Shown piece by piece: positions 18,301 through 28,088 of a DNA stretch of 64,000 nt. The translations under genes and the position numbers were made by a program. Position 1 is the stretch's first letter; the number at the start of each line of letters is the position of its first letter. The notes beneath the pieces were generated by a model. It ran no database searches, was not told where the DNA came from, and saw nothing but the letters and a program-made list of their open reading frames with translations. The DNA is from Acidobacteriota bacterium (GTDB taxonomy: Bacteria > Acidobacteriota > UBA6911 > RPQK01 > JAJDTT01): contig OZ253580.1 in NCBI GenBank assembly GCA_965263035.1, forward strand, positions 896,001-960,000, read 5' to 3'.

Positions 18301-20028
18301 GTGTCGGAAAAAGTCGATCCCATCCTTTTTGAGGTGATCCGCGCCGCTCTGGTCGAGGCGACCGAAGAGATGTCGGTCTCCCTGCAACGGACCGCATATT
18401 CGACCAATATCAAGACCCGGCTCGATTATTCCTGTGCCTTTGTGGACCGCAGAGGAAGAATGGTGGCCCAGGCTTTCTGCCAGCCTGCTCACCTGGTGAC
18501 GATCGGCAGGCTGGTGCCGCGGGCCGTGGCCGAGTATGGAGCGGAGAACCTCAACCCCGGCGACATGCTTGTGGTGAACGATCCCCATCGGCAGGCCAGT
18601 CACCTCAACGACATTTTTCTGGTCGCCCCTTTTTTTCACGCTGGAGAACTCTTGGGTTACGTTACGAATACCTGCCACCACGTCGACGTCGGAGGAGGGG
18701 CTCCGGCCAGTATCGGAGCTTTCCGGGAGATCTACCAGGAAGGGCTCATTCTGCCCGTGGTCAAGCTGGTCTCCCGGGAAGAAGTCGATCCCGAAATCTG
18801 GAAGATGGTGTTGGCGAATGTGCGGGCGGCACGGGAGGTGTCCGGTGACCTGCGGGCACAGATCGCGGCCAACAAGATGGGCATGCGCCGCTTGGCGGCT
18901 CTGGTGGAACGCTATGGAATCGAGCAGCTCAAACTCTATATGGACAGGCTGCTTGAATACACGGAGCAGCGCACGCGCAGCGAATTGGAGAAGCTGCCAC
19001 GGGGAAGCTACGAGGCCGAAGGATGGCTGGACGACGACGGGATCACCGACCAGCCGGTGCATTTGAAGGCGCGGGCGACCCTGGACGGAGAAACCATCAC
19101 CTTTGACTTCACCGGCTCGGACCAGCAGCGCTGGGCACCCATGAACAGCAATTTGACTCAGACCTTTACGGCCTGTGTCTACGTGTTGAAATGCCTGGTG
19201 GATCCGGACATTCCGGTCAACGACGGTTTTTACCAGCCGATCCGGGTGATCGCCCCGAAAGGTTCGGTCGTGAACTCCCGGCATCCGGCAGCCATCGTAG
19301 GCGGCTGGGAAGTCTCAGTGCGCCTTTGCGAGATTCTATTCCAGGCGCTCTCCCAAGTTCTGCCCAATGCGGTTCCGGCTGGAACCAAGGGCATGATGTG
19401 CCAGGTCGGATTCGGGGGTAGAGATCCGAAAAGCGGCGAATACTACACCTATTACGAGAGTCTGGCGGGAGGATACGGCGGCCGCGTTGGTTCGGACGGG
19501 CCGGACGCCGTGCAAACCCACATGCAGAACACCCAGAACGCCCCCATCGAGGAGACGGAGCTCAACTACCCGGTTCGCATTACACGTTACAGCCTGATCC
19601 CTGATTCGGAGGGCCCGGGCCAGTTCCGGGGCGGCCTGGGGCTGTGTCGCGAATATCTCTTTCCCGACCACAAAGCGGTCTTCACCTCGCTCTCCGACCG
19701 GGCCAGGTTCGCGCCACACGGACTTTTCGGGGGAGAGGAAGGCAAACTGGCTCGCTATCTCGTGATTTCCGATGGGCAGGAACGGAAATTCTCATCAAAA
19801 GCCACGGTGCACCTTGCAGAGGGAGAAACCGCCCGCATCGAGACCTGTGGAGGTGGGGGCTACGGACCTCCCCTGGCCCGCGACGCGGAACTCGTCCTGC
19901 GGGATGTCAGGGAGGGGAAGATCAGCCGGCAGCGAGCCAGGGACCGATACGGAGTCGCGATCGCCCCTGACGGCTCGATTGAACCGGCTGAAACGGATCA
20001 GTTGCGGTCGTGTCGCGGGTCCCCTTGA
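18301..20028 (+). CDS. Hydantoinase B / 5-oxoprolinase subunit B
   Basis: DPILFEVI, RTAYSTNIK..LDYSCA, NDP..SHLND, HHVDVGG, DSEGPGQFRGG, TCGGGGYG. Start placed at GTG 18301. Confidence 0.92.
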   Translation: MSEKVDPILFEVIRAALVEATEEMSVSLQRTAYSTNIKTRLDYSCAFVDRRGRMVAQAFCQPAHLVTIGRLVPRAVAEYGAENLNPGDMLVVNDPHRQASHLNDIFLVAPFFHAGELLGYVTNTCHHVDVGGGAPASIGAFREIYQEGLILPVVKLVSREEVDPEIWKMVLANVRAAREVSGDLRAQIAANKMGMRRLAALVERYGIEQLKLYMDRLLEYTEQRTRSELEKLPRGSYEAEGWLDDDGITDQPVHLKARATLDGETITFDFTGSDQQRWAPMNSNLTQTFTACVYVLKCLVDPDIPVNDGFYQPIRVIAPKGSVVNSRHPAAIVGGWEVSVRLCEILFQALSQVLPNAVPAGTKGMMCQVGFGGRDPKSGEYYTYYESLAGGYGGRVGSDGPDAVQTHMQNTQNAPIEETELNYPVRITRYSLIPDSEGPGQFRGGLGLCREYLFPDHKAVFTSLSDRARFAPHGLFGGEEGKLARYLVISDGQERKFSSKATVHLAEGETARIETCGGGGYGPPLARDAELVLRDVREGKISRQRARDRYGVAIAPDGSIEPAETDQLRSCRGSP

Positions 20029-20146
20029 ACGAGTCGAATTACAGGTGACCAGATCGGAGTGGGATCTCTCTCCCATCCTGAAGAGCTTCTCTTGTCGCAG
20101 CCTCCGCTCTTGAGAGATCAGCCCGGGGCACTCATCGATCCTGGAG

Positions 20147-21172
20147 GTGACGGTGCGTATCAGGAACAGCTCGTTTTTGAGCATAGTCCTGGCTGCTTTC
20201 CTGCTCCCGTGCCTCGATTGTCGAGATTCCGAAGAATTGAGACCGTCCACCTTGGAGCAAGTGCAACCCTCCACTCAGGACGGCAATTCCTCAGACCTTT
20301 CCCTGATTGCTTTCGACACCGGCATCTTGAGAGGTCACTTCCGCTTCGGGCACGGGGGGAAACCGGGGAGGAGTGATTTTCCGGGTGTGGGGCAATGCAT
20401 CTTTGCGCCGTTGAACGTTTCCCTGGTGAATGCGACACGCCCCAATGCTTTGCTGATGCCGGAATGGATCCTCAGGCCCGGCGGGCCCAGGGATGTCACA
20501 CCGTGGCGGCTCGCCAGTTCAGTCAAACCGGAGCCGATCCCGGATGGAGTTCGTCTCTCCTACCCCGATGAAGAGCTGGCAGACCAGGGTTTGCGTGTAA
20601 CGCTGGAGTACCGGGTCGTGGATGACGTGATTTTCCTGGATGGCCACATCGAAGCCATCCGCCGGCAAGATGATCTGGAACTGCTTTTTGCTTCCTACCT
20701 TCCCAACAGGCTCAATGCCACATATGTACCCTCCCGGTCGGAGAGTGGGATTTCGTGGCAACCGGTCACCCGGGGTGAGCCCTGGAAGAGTTCTTATTTC
20801 ATTTCCTCCTCGCCGGAGACCCGCCGCTGGCGTCGCGACGGGCGTGTGGCGGATGCCAAGGAAGTAGACTGGAGCATGGCTTTTGATCCGGACTGGTTCT
20901 TCGCTGACCCCATTCTGGTCGGCATTGAGGACTCCAGCGGTTTGACGGCTGTCCATTTCGTGGATGACAACTGCACCGCTCTGGTGGGCCAACCCCACGA
21001 CCATGACACGGCCCATGACTTCACTTGGGGCTGGTCGGTCTTGGAATCGGGGCAAAAGGTCCATGCCCGCGCCGCCGTGTGGATTACTCAGCTGCAGGGA
21101 ACCCATGATCAGAGAATGGCGCAGGTCTACGAAAAATATCGGGAGTGGAGACACTCCTGGACGGGGAGCTGA
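20147..21172 (+). CDS. Hypothetical exported protein
   Basis: 341-aa ORF with an N-terminal hydrophobic stretch followed by Cys; no family recognised. Confidence 0.55.
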   Translation: MTVRIRNSSFLSIVLAAFLLPCLDCRDSEELRPSTLEQVQPSTQDGNSSDLSLIAFDTGILRGHFRFGHGGKPGRSDFPGVGQCIFAPLNVSLVNATRPNALLMPEWILRPGGPRDVTPWRLASSVKPEPIPDGVRLSYPDEELADQGLRVTLEYRVVDDVIFLDGHIEAIRRQDDLELLFASYLPNRLNATYVPSRSESGISWQPVTRGEPWKSSYFISSSPETRRWRRDGRVADAKEVDWSMAFDPDWFFADPILVGIEDSSGLTAVHFVDDNCTALVGQPHDHDTAHDFTWGWSVLESGQKVHARAAVWITQLQGTHDQRMAQVYEKYREWRHSWTGS

Positions 21173-21251
21173 CCAGGCTTCACCGTTTTTTCTGGTGCGA
21201 TTTCTTGCCACCTGCACAACAGAATGACAAGGCATACGCCTGCCGTTGCAT

Positions 21252-22949
21252 TCAGCGGCTGCCCATCGATTCCCCCTCGATGATGGTCAGAATCTGGCCG
21301 GCTTTGATTTTTTCCAGGGTTTCCCGCCCGCCGCCGGGCCAGTTGATCTCGATTCGATCCACCTGCCGACTCTTCCCCAGGCCGAAATGCAAACGAAGGT
21401 CGTTGTGGGACAAGTAGTTTCCGCCGCTCCTTATTCGACGATTCCGGACCCCTTCGCCCGTCACCACCCTAACTGTGGCCCCAATTGCTGAACGGTTCCC
21501 GGGTCGGCCAACCAGACGAAGCTGGAGCCATTGTCGACGATTTCCTCCATTGTTTCGCAAGAGGGCAGGAGTGTCGTCAATGGCGAGGACGACTAAATCG
21601 AGGTCCCCATCATTGTCATAGTCACAAGCCGCAGCCCCACGGCTCGATTTGGGAGACAGACGCGTGAGTCCGGCCGCCCCGGAAACATCCTCAAACTGGA
21701 AGCCCCCAGCACCGCGAAACAAAAGATCCTGTTGCTTGTAGCTGAGACTCTCGATTTCCGAGGCCTGCGGATAGAGGTGCCCGTTGGCCATGAACAGATC
21801 CAAGGCGCCGTCGTTGTCAAAGTCACCCGAAATGGCGGCCCAGCCCAGGTAGGGGATTGTGATTTTTCCCAGTCTGGCTTGAAACGATATCTCTTCGAAA
21901 TTGAAGTTCCCCAAACTTCGAAACAAGGGGTAGTAGTCTTCTGAGAACGTCGTCACAAATAAATCGGTGAATCCGTCATCTCCTATGTCTCCCATAGCCA
22001 CGCCCATGTTGGCCTGAGCCCTGCCTTCGCGGTTGTAGGCGACGCCCGCCAGCAGAGCAAGCTCCTGGAAGGTCCCGTCCTTCCGGTTCTGATAGAGATA
22101 ATTCTGTCCGGCGTCGTTGGTGACGAAAAGCTCAGGAAACCCGTCATTGTCCAGGTCCTCGAAGACAGCAGAAAACCCATACCCCAATTGCTTGTCCTCG
22201 ACGCCGGCCGCTGCCGTAACCTCACGAAAGGTCCCGTCCCCCAGGTTCCGGTAAAGCACATCGGGAGCTCCCTTCAGGCCCAGGGGGCCACACATGACCG
22301 GCAGCCCGCGGTAATTGCAGGACGCTCCGCCGGTGGGAGGATTTTGCAGATCGAAATCGACATAGCGGCTAACATAAAGATCGACCCAGCCGTCGCGATC
22401 ATAATCGCCGAAGGTCGCTCCGGTACTCCACCATCTGCCTCCGCCAACGTTGGCGCTTCCGGCTACATTAGTGAATGTTCCATTGCCATTATTTCGATAA
22501 AGGAGGTCCTCACCGTAATTGGTGACGAACAGGTCAATAAAACCGTCGTTGTCGTAATCGGCGGCCACCACCCCGTTCCCAAGGCCCGATCCAAGAATTC
22601 CGGCCTTTTGAGTGACCTCGGTAAAGGTGCCGTCTGCGTTGTTTTGGAACAGGAAATTGGGAGCCCGGGAAGCATCCGTCTCACCGTTGAAGAGATTCTC
22701 GGGTGAGATCCCATTGATAATGTAAAGGTCCATCCACCCGTCGTTGTTGTAGTCGATCCAGGCACAACCACTACCGTTTCCCTCCACAATGAACTTTTTT
22801 TCAATAGTTCCACAAGTGGTGGTTACATTCAGTCCGGCTGCCTCGGTCACGTCTTCGAAACTCACTTGGAAGTCCTGTGAAACGGCTCGGACGCTGGATC
22901 CTGAGAGCAGCAGAACTCCGGTGAGCAGTATCCGCAATGACAAGGTCAT
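21252..22949 (-). CDS. CRTAC1-family protein (FG-GAP/VCBS repeats plus ASPIC/UnbV)
   Basis: Repeated DYNNDG/DYDNDG motifs, NRSAIGA, LHFGLG, WPGG. Confidence 0.92.
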   Translation of the reverse strand: MTLSLRILLTGVLLLSGSSVRAVSQDFQVSFEDVTEAAGLNVTTTCGTIEKKFIVEGNGSGCAWIDYNNDGWMDLYIINGISPENLFNGETDASRAPNFLFQNNADGTFTEVTQKAGILGSGLGNGVVAADYDNDGFIDLFVTNYGEDLLYRNNGNGTFTNVAGSANVGGGRWWSTGATFGDYDRDGWVDLYVSRYVDFDLQNPPTGGASCNYRGLPVMCGPLGLKGAPDVLYRNLGDGTFREVTAAAGVEDKQLGYGFSAVFEDLDNDGFPELFVTNDAGQNYLYQNRKDGTFQELALLAGVAYNREGRAQANMGVAMGDIGDDGFTDLFVTTFSEDYYPLFRSLGNFNFEEISFQARLGKITIPYLGWAAISGDFDNDGALDLFMANGHLYPQASEIESLSYKQQDLLFRGAGGFQFEDVSGAAGLTRLSPKSSRGAAACDYDNDGDLDLVVLAIDDTPALLRNNGGNRRQWLQLRLVGRPGNRSAIGATVRVVTGEGVRNRRIRSGGNYLSHNDLRLHFGLGKSRQVDRIEINWPGGGRETLEKIKAGQILTIIEGESMGSR

Positions 22950-22955
22950 GTCTAT

Positions 22956-25900
22956 TTGCATTCCCTACGGGTTTCCTGTGCAGAAACACCGTTTCAATTT
23001 TTTCGCAAGTGGAGCCGGGGGCACTTGACCGCTCGTCGGCTTAATAGTATCAATCTCGTAACCTTGTTGAGCCCCAGGTCCTCTCTTTTATTTATTTTTC
23101 CGCTTTGTCTTTTCTGGGTCGTGAGCTGCGGGCACCCGGTTCCGCCCTACACGCCTGCAGAGGCTCTGACCACCTTCACCATCGAAGAGGGCTTTCGAAT
23201 CGAGGTCTTCGCCTCCGAACCGATGATTCTCGACCCTGTAGCGATGGAATTTGATGAGCATGGTCGGGTGTTCGTAGTCGAGATGCCCGGCTATCCTTTA
23301 AACGTCGGGGCGACCGGGCGCGTGAAGCTGTTGGAAGACACCAACCAGGACGGTTTCCCCGATCAGGCTACGGTATTTGCAGACGGACTCGTGCTTCCCA
23401 CGGGGGTTCTGCGATGGAAGGAAGGTATTCTGGTTACCGATCCGCCCAACGTCTGGTACTTCGAAGACACGGACGGCGACAACCGTGCCGATCTCCGGCA
23501 GGCCGTGCTGACCGGATTCGCCCTCTCCAACCCTCAGCACACGGTCAGCAGTCCTCTTTATGGACTGGACAACTGGATCCATCTCGCCCACGAGCCGGCG
23601 ATCAAGACGATTGTCTTCAAAGACAGGTTCGGTGATCCAGGTTCCAAGAAGAGGTTTCCCAACCGCAACGACGGGCCCCAACTGGACAGTTCCACCGGCA
23701 ATCTCCGCTTCCGCCCGGACACTTTCGAGTTGGAGGCTCTTTCCGGCATCTCTCAATTCGGACTGAGCTTCGATCGATGGGGACACCAATTCCTGGTCAC
23801 CAGCGGTCGACATATACGCCAGGAGGTCATCGCGGCCGCTTACCTGAGGCGCAACCCGTCCTTGCGCGCCGCTTCCCCGGTAGCAGACATTTCAGATCAC
23901 ACCACTCGCGTCTATCCCATCACCCAGAACCCGGAGCACCGAATTCTCACAGGTCCGGGCAGCTTTACCTCTGCTTGTGGGATTTCGATCTATTTGGGAG
24001 GACTCTTCCCCCCTCCATTCAGTCAAGTTTCTTTTGTAGCCGAACCGGCCCACAACCTGGTTCACTGCGATGTTCTGAAAGAAAACGGGGTCACCCTGCA
24101 GGCCAGTCGAAGTGGCGAAGAGACGGAATTCCTGGCCTCCACGGACAGTTGGTTCCGACCGGTCAATTTGTATACCGGACCGGACGGAGCTCTTTACGTC
24201 GTGGACTACTATCGCCGGATCGTTGAGCACCCGGAGTGGATGTCCGACGAGTTCCACAGCCAGGACACCGGGCCTCGGATTCTTTACGAAGGCAGTCAAC
24301 AGGGCCGAATCTACCGCATTACTCCCGCCTCCGAGGAGCCTGTTCCTTTGGTGCGGAACTTCCCGCTCGGTAAGGCCTCGGATCCGGACTTGGTCGAATA
24401 TTTGAACCATCCAAACCTGTGGTGGAGGATGCACGCCCAGCGACTCCTCGTTGGCCGTCAGAACGTACACGCAATCGACCGTCTGATGGAGATCGCCACA
24501 GAAGGTCGCAGGCCCGAATCGCGGGTGCATGCTTTGTGGACACTGGAAGGCCTGGGAAAACTGGACGCCTCTCTCATCCGGAAAGCCCTGGGAGATCCGG
24601 AACCAGGCGTCCGGGAGAACGCGATCCGGCTGGCAGAGTCGCGATTGGCGACGGCTCCCGGGCTGGCGGACAAGTTGCTGGCATTGACCGGGGATGCTCA
24701 TCCCAGAGTGCGCTTCCAACTCCTTTGCACGCTGGGGTGGGTGGACTCGCCCGGAGCCCGCAATGCTCGCCGCCAATTGCTGATGCGGGACATTGACGAC
24801 GAGTGGATGCAAATGGCGGCTTTCAGCGCCTCTGACGTCCGGCCGCTCAATCTGTTCGACACTGGCGTGACCGAGTTTGGTGACGCAGCGTCAAAGGAGA
24901 GAATCGCATTCTTTCGCCGGATCGCTGCCATGGTCGCCGCCGGTTCCGGCCCGTCGGGGGTCAGACAACTCTTGCGCAAGGTAGCGAACGCCAAGAAACG
25001 AGGATCCGATTGGTGGCGTGCGGCCGCTCTGGAGGGGCTGGCCCAGGGAATCGGGCAAGGCTCGAAAAGCGTCACGGAAGGGCTTTCATCCAACCGACTC
25101 CTCGCCTTGTACCAGGCATCGGCCCCACCGGTGCAAAGGGCAACGCTGCAGTTGCTGGAGCTCATGGAGAAACCCCTCGGTCCAGCTCCGGAACCCCTCA
25201 TAAGGGTCCTCCTGGACAGAATCGAAGATCGAGCTGCAGACCCTGCTCTGAGAGCCGGCTCGGTACGCCTTCTGGCCCTCTTCGGTGTGAACTCGAGATT
25301 CGCCCTGCTGAGCTCACTGCTCGATCCACAGGAGCCCCCAGAGGTGCAGACCGCAGCGGTGCGCGCTCTGGGGCAGATCGAGGGGATCGAGTCTGGCCGA
25401 TTGTTCATCTCCAAATGGAGGGAACTGACTCCTCCGGTCCGTCTGGCGGCCACCGTAGCTCTTCTATCCAGGCCGGAGCACGTAGAGCTGTTGGTGACTG
25501 GGATCGAAAATGATGAGGTCCCATTTTGGACGATCAATCAAGGTCACAAAATTCGCCTTGTAATGCAGCAAGATGCCTCCATACGGTTCCGCGTCCATGA
25601 GCTTTTGCGCAAGCTGGAGGGGGAACGACTCCGGATTCTGGAACGCTACCGGGCGGCCCTGAGTCTTTCCGGGGATGCAGTCCAGGGAGCTCAGGTGTTC
25701 AAGAAAAGCTGTGACAAGTGCCATCAGGTCGAGGGGGTGGGAGGCCGCTTCGGCCCTGATCTTGGGACGGTTCGGAATCGGTCGCGGGAGGAGTTGCTCA
25801 CCAACATCATGTTGCCCAGTCAATCGATCTCGGACAACTATGAGCTGTACGTGGTCGAGTTGAACAATCGGGTTCTACAGGAGGGAGTCATCGGCTCGCA

Positions 25901-26090
25901 AACTCCTGTGTCCGTGACCTTGCTGCGTGAAGATGGCACTGAGGCCGTGATTGCCAGAGAGAATATTCGACGGATGTATTCGTCGACCGTTTCGGGAATG
26001 CCGGAAGGCTTGGAGGAGGAGATCAGCGTCCAGGAAATGGCCCATCTGCTGAGTTTTCTCACCACCTCGGCGGTTCCCCCGATTCAATAG
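22956..26090 (+). CDS. PVC-type membrane-bound dehydrogenase with HEAT repeats and cytochrome c
   Basis: FASEPMILDPVAMEFDE, EDTNQDG, WFRPVN..GPDGALYVVD, HALWTLEGLG, CDKCH, GPDL, SGMPEGLE. True start probably further downstream. Confidence 0.9.
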   Translation: MHSLRVSCAETPFQFFRKWSRGHLTARRLNSINLVTLLSPRSSLLFIFPLCLFWVVSCGHPVPPYTPAEALTTFTIEEGFRIEVFASEPMILDPVAMEFDEHGRVFVVEMPGYPLNVGATGRVKLLEDTNQDGFPDQATVFADGLVLPTGVLRWKEGILVTDPPNVWYFEDTDGDNRADLRQAVLTGFALSNPQHTVSSPLYGLDNWIHLAHEPAIKTIVFKDRFGDPGSKKRFPNRNDGPQLDSSTGNLRFRPDTFELEALSGISQFGLSFDRWGHQFLVTSGRHIRQEVIAAAYLRRNPSLRAASPVADISDHTTRVYPITQNPEHRILTGPGSFTSACGISIYLGGLFPPPFSQVSFVAEPAHNLVHCDVLKENGVTLQASRSGEETEFLASTDSWFRPVNLYTGPDGALYVVDYYRRIVEHPEWMSDEFHSQDTGPRILYEGSQQGRIYRITPASEEPVPLVRNFPLGKASDPDLVEYLNHPNLWWRMHAQRLLVGRQNVHAIDRLMEIATEGRRPESRVHALWTLEGLGKLDASLIRKALGDPEPGVRENAIRLAESRLATAPGLADKLLALTGDAHPRVRFQLLCTLGWVDSPGARNARRQLLMRDIDDEWMQMAAFSASDVRPLNLFDTGVTEFGDAASKERIAFFRRIAAMVAAGSGPSGVRQLLRKVANAKKRGSDWWRAAALEGLAQGIGQGSKSVTEGLSSNRLLALYQASAPPVQRATLQLLELMEKPLGPAPEPLIRVLLDRIEDRAADPALRAGSVRLLALFGVNSRFALLSSLLDPQEPPEVQTAAVRALGQIEGIESGRLFISKWRELTPPVRLAATVALLSRPEHVELLVTGIENDEVPFWTINQGHKIRLVMQQDASIRFRVHELLRKLEGERLRILERYRAALSLSGDAVQGAQVFKKSCDKCHQVEGVGGRFGPDLGTVRNRSREELLTNIMLPSQSISDNYELYVVELNNRVLQEGVIGSQTPVSVTLLREDGTEAVIARENIRRMYSSTVSGMPEGLEEEISVQEMAHLLSFLTTSAVPPIQ

Positions 26091-26280
26091 TCCCCCGACT
26101 GGAAGCACGGTTCAGGAGCCGCTTCCATGCGGCCGACGGGAAGAGGCAGCCATAGAGTGGGAGCGGCCTCCACGCCGTGAATCTGTTCGGACCACGGAGA
26201 GTCCTCCCCCATTGGGAAACTCCACGCCCGGGCCATGGAAGGCCCTCCCACACTCAGGAAGGATGCAAGAGGATCGTTTA

Positions 26281-27822
26281 ATGCCAAGTGTGAGACCGTC
26301 CGGACACATCAGAAGACCCTCGGTGGAAGAAATTCGATCTCTGGCCGCCAGGGAATACATCAACCTGTCCGAACAAGAGGCTGCCGACCTCGGGTCCCTC
26401 ATGAATGGAATGCTAGTGGACGTGGGTCGCCTCGATGATCTGCCTGTTGCCGGGTTGCAGGTCAGATACCAGGATCGCGACAGAGGCTACCGCCCGTCAC
26501 CGGAGGAGGACCCCTACAACGTCTTCATTCGAAAATGCCGGGTGAAGGGTGCGCCCAAGGGGAGGCTGGCCGGAAAGACTGTTGGACTCAAAGACAACAT
26601 AAGGGTGGCAGGTGTTCCCATGACCAACGGCTCGCGCCTCCTTGCCGAGTACGTCCCCAGCGTCGACGCGACGGTTACCGAGCGCCTTTTGGATGCCGGT
26701 GCGACCATTGTCGGCAAGTTGAACATGGATAGTTTTGGCATGGGCGGCACCAACGAGACCAGCGACTTCGGCCCTGTCCGCAACCCCCACAACATCGAGT
26801 ACTCCGCCGGCGGTTCTTCGGGCGGCAGCGGGGCGGCCCTGGCGGCCGGTGAGGTCGATATCGCCTTAGGCGTCGACGAGGGAGGCAGTGCGCGTATCCC
26901 GGCCTCCTGGTGTGGAGTCGTAAGCATCAAGCCCACCCATGGACTGGTTCCAGCCTTCGGTCTTTCCTATCTTGACCACACCCTGGATGAGATCTGCCCC
27001 ATGGCCAGGTCGGTACAGGAGGTGGCGCTGACCCTGGAAGCCATAGCGGGAGAGGATCCCAGAGACCCGCAGTGGGTTCGAGGGCCGATTCAAGTCGAGA
27101 GCTACAGCAAGGCCCTCCAAGAGGATGTCTCCGGTCTTCGGCTGGGGGTCATCAAAGAGTCGATGGAATGGGATCAATCCGAGCATGAGGTCAGCCAGGC
27201 GGTATGGGAAGCAGCGAGAAAACTGCAGGCCTGCGGCGCCTCGGTCGAAGAAGTATCCATCCCCTGGTGGCCGGACGCCTGGCCGGTTCTGTTGTCGATC
27301 CTCGGACATTCGCTGTCGGCCATGGTCGAGTCGAATCTGGAAGGCTATTGGAGGGGGGGCAGGTGCGACCCGGATTGGCAGGAGGCTTTCGGCAAGGCCC
27401 GCAGAGCCGGCAGCGACGGATTCCCTCCCCTCCTCAAAGTCTGGATGGTCATGGGCAAATATCTCAGACGCGAGTATTGCAGCGTCTATTTCTCCAAAGC
27501 CCAGAATCTGAGGCATGCCATGACGCAGAAGCTGGACGAAGTGTTTGAAGCCTGTGACGTCCTGGTCACTCCCACCACGCCCCTGAAGGCCGTCAAGTTG
27601 GCTCAGTCGAGCCGGGCAGGATCCTGGGAAGGGAGAGGTTCGATTGAAATGAACCGCAACACCTGCCCTCTGAACGTCACGGGCTATCCGGCTTTGTCGG
27701 TTCCCTGTGGTTTTGGCGACAATGGCCTGCCCATAGGACTGCAGCTCGTCGCCCGGCGTTTTCGCGAGAGCTTGCTCTTTCGGGTGGCTTCTCAGGTTGA
27801 GCGAGGAGACTCCGATCGCTGA
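26281..27822 (+). CDS. Amidase-signature family amidase
   Basis: GLKDNI, AGGSSGGS, GVDEGGSARIPASWCG, GLPIGLQL. Confidence 0.92.
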   Translation: MPSVRPSGHIRRPSVEEIRSLAAREYINLSEQEAADLGSLMNGMLVDVGRLDDLPVAGLQVRYQDRDRGYRPSPEEDPYNVFIRKCRVKGAPKGRLAGKTVGLKDNIRVAGVPMTNGSRLLAEYVPSVDATVTERLLDAGATIVGKLNMDSFGMGGTNETSDFGPVRNPHNIEYSAGGSSGGSGAALAAGEVDIALGVDEGGSARIPASWCGVVSIKPTHGLVPAFGLSYLDHTLDEICPMARSVQEVALTLEAIAGEDPRDPQWVRGPIQVESYSKALQEDVSGLRLGVIKESMEWDQSEHEVSQAVWEAARKLQACGASVEEVSIPWWPDAWPVLLSILGHSLSAMVESNLEGYWRGGRCDPDWQEAFGKARRAGSDGFPPLLKVWMVMGKYLRREYCSVYFSKAQNLRHAMTQKLDEVFEACDVLVTPTTPLKAVKLAQSSRAGSWEGRGSIEMNRNTCPLNVTGYPALSVPCGFGDNGLPIGLQLVARRFRESLLFRVASQVERGDSDR

Positions 27823-27930
27823 CCCTCGCGGCTCCGTTTAGGGACCACCGAAATCAAGGCGGAGCCCCAAGTGTGAGCGCGGGGAGAAACACTGCGCCCG
27901 ACGATCCGGGATCAGACAATCCTGTCTTAA

Positions 27931-28088
27931 CAGTCCGTGGTGAAAGTCCCGCGAGCACCGAGACCGTTCCTGCGCCCGCCGGACAAGGCGCGATGAGGGA
28001 GCATACCGGGAGTATGTGACCGAATCGCAACGCAGTCCGCCGGGATGCAGGGACGGTCGAATGCCGTGACGACTTTTGCCACGGGCTG
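27931..28088 (-). mobile_element. MITE copy 2 (158 bp)
   Basis: Reverse orientation to copy 1; flanked by TTAA on both sides; abuts the TAA of the symporter. Confidence 0.92.

Noticed and set aside
21252-22949. Repeated GACTACGACAACGAC-type nucleotide words suggesting an array
   Set aside because: They encode FG-GAP DxDxDG loops in CRTAC1 genes; no CRISPR array or cas gene was seen in the window.
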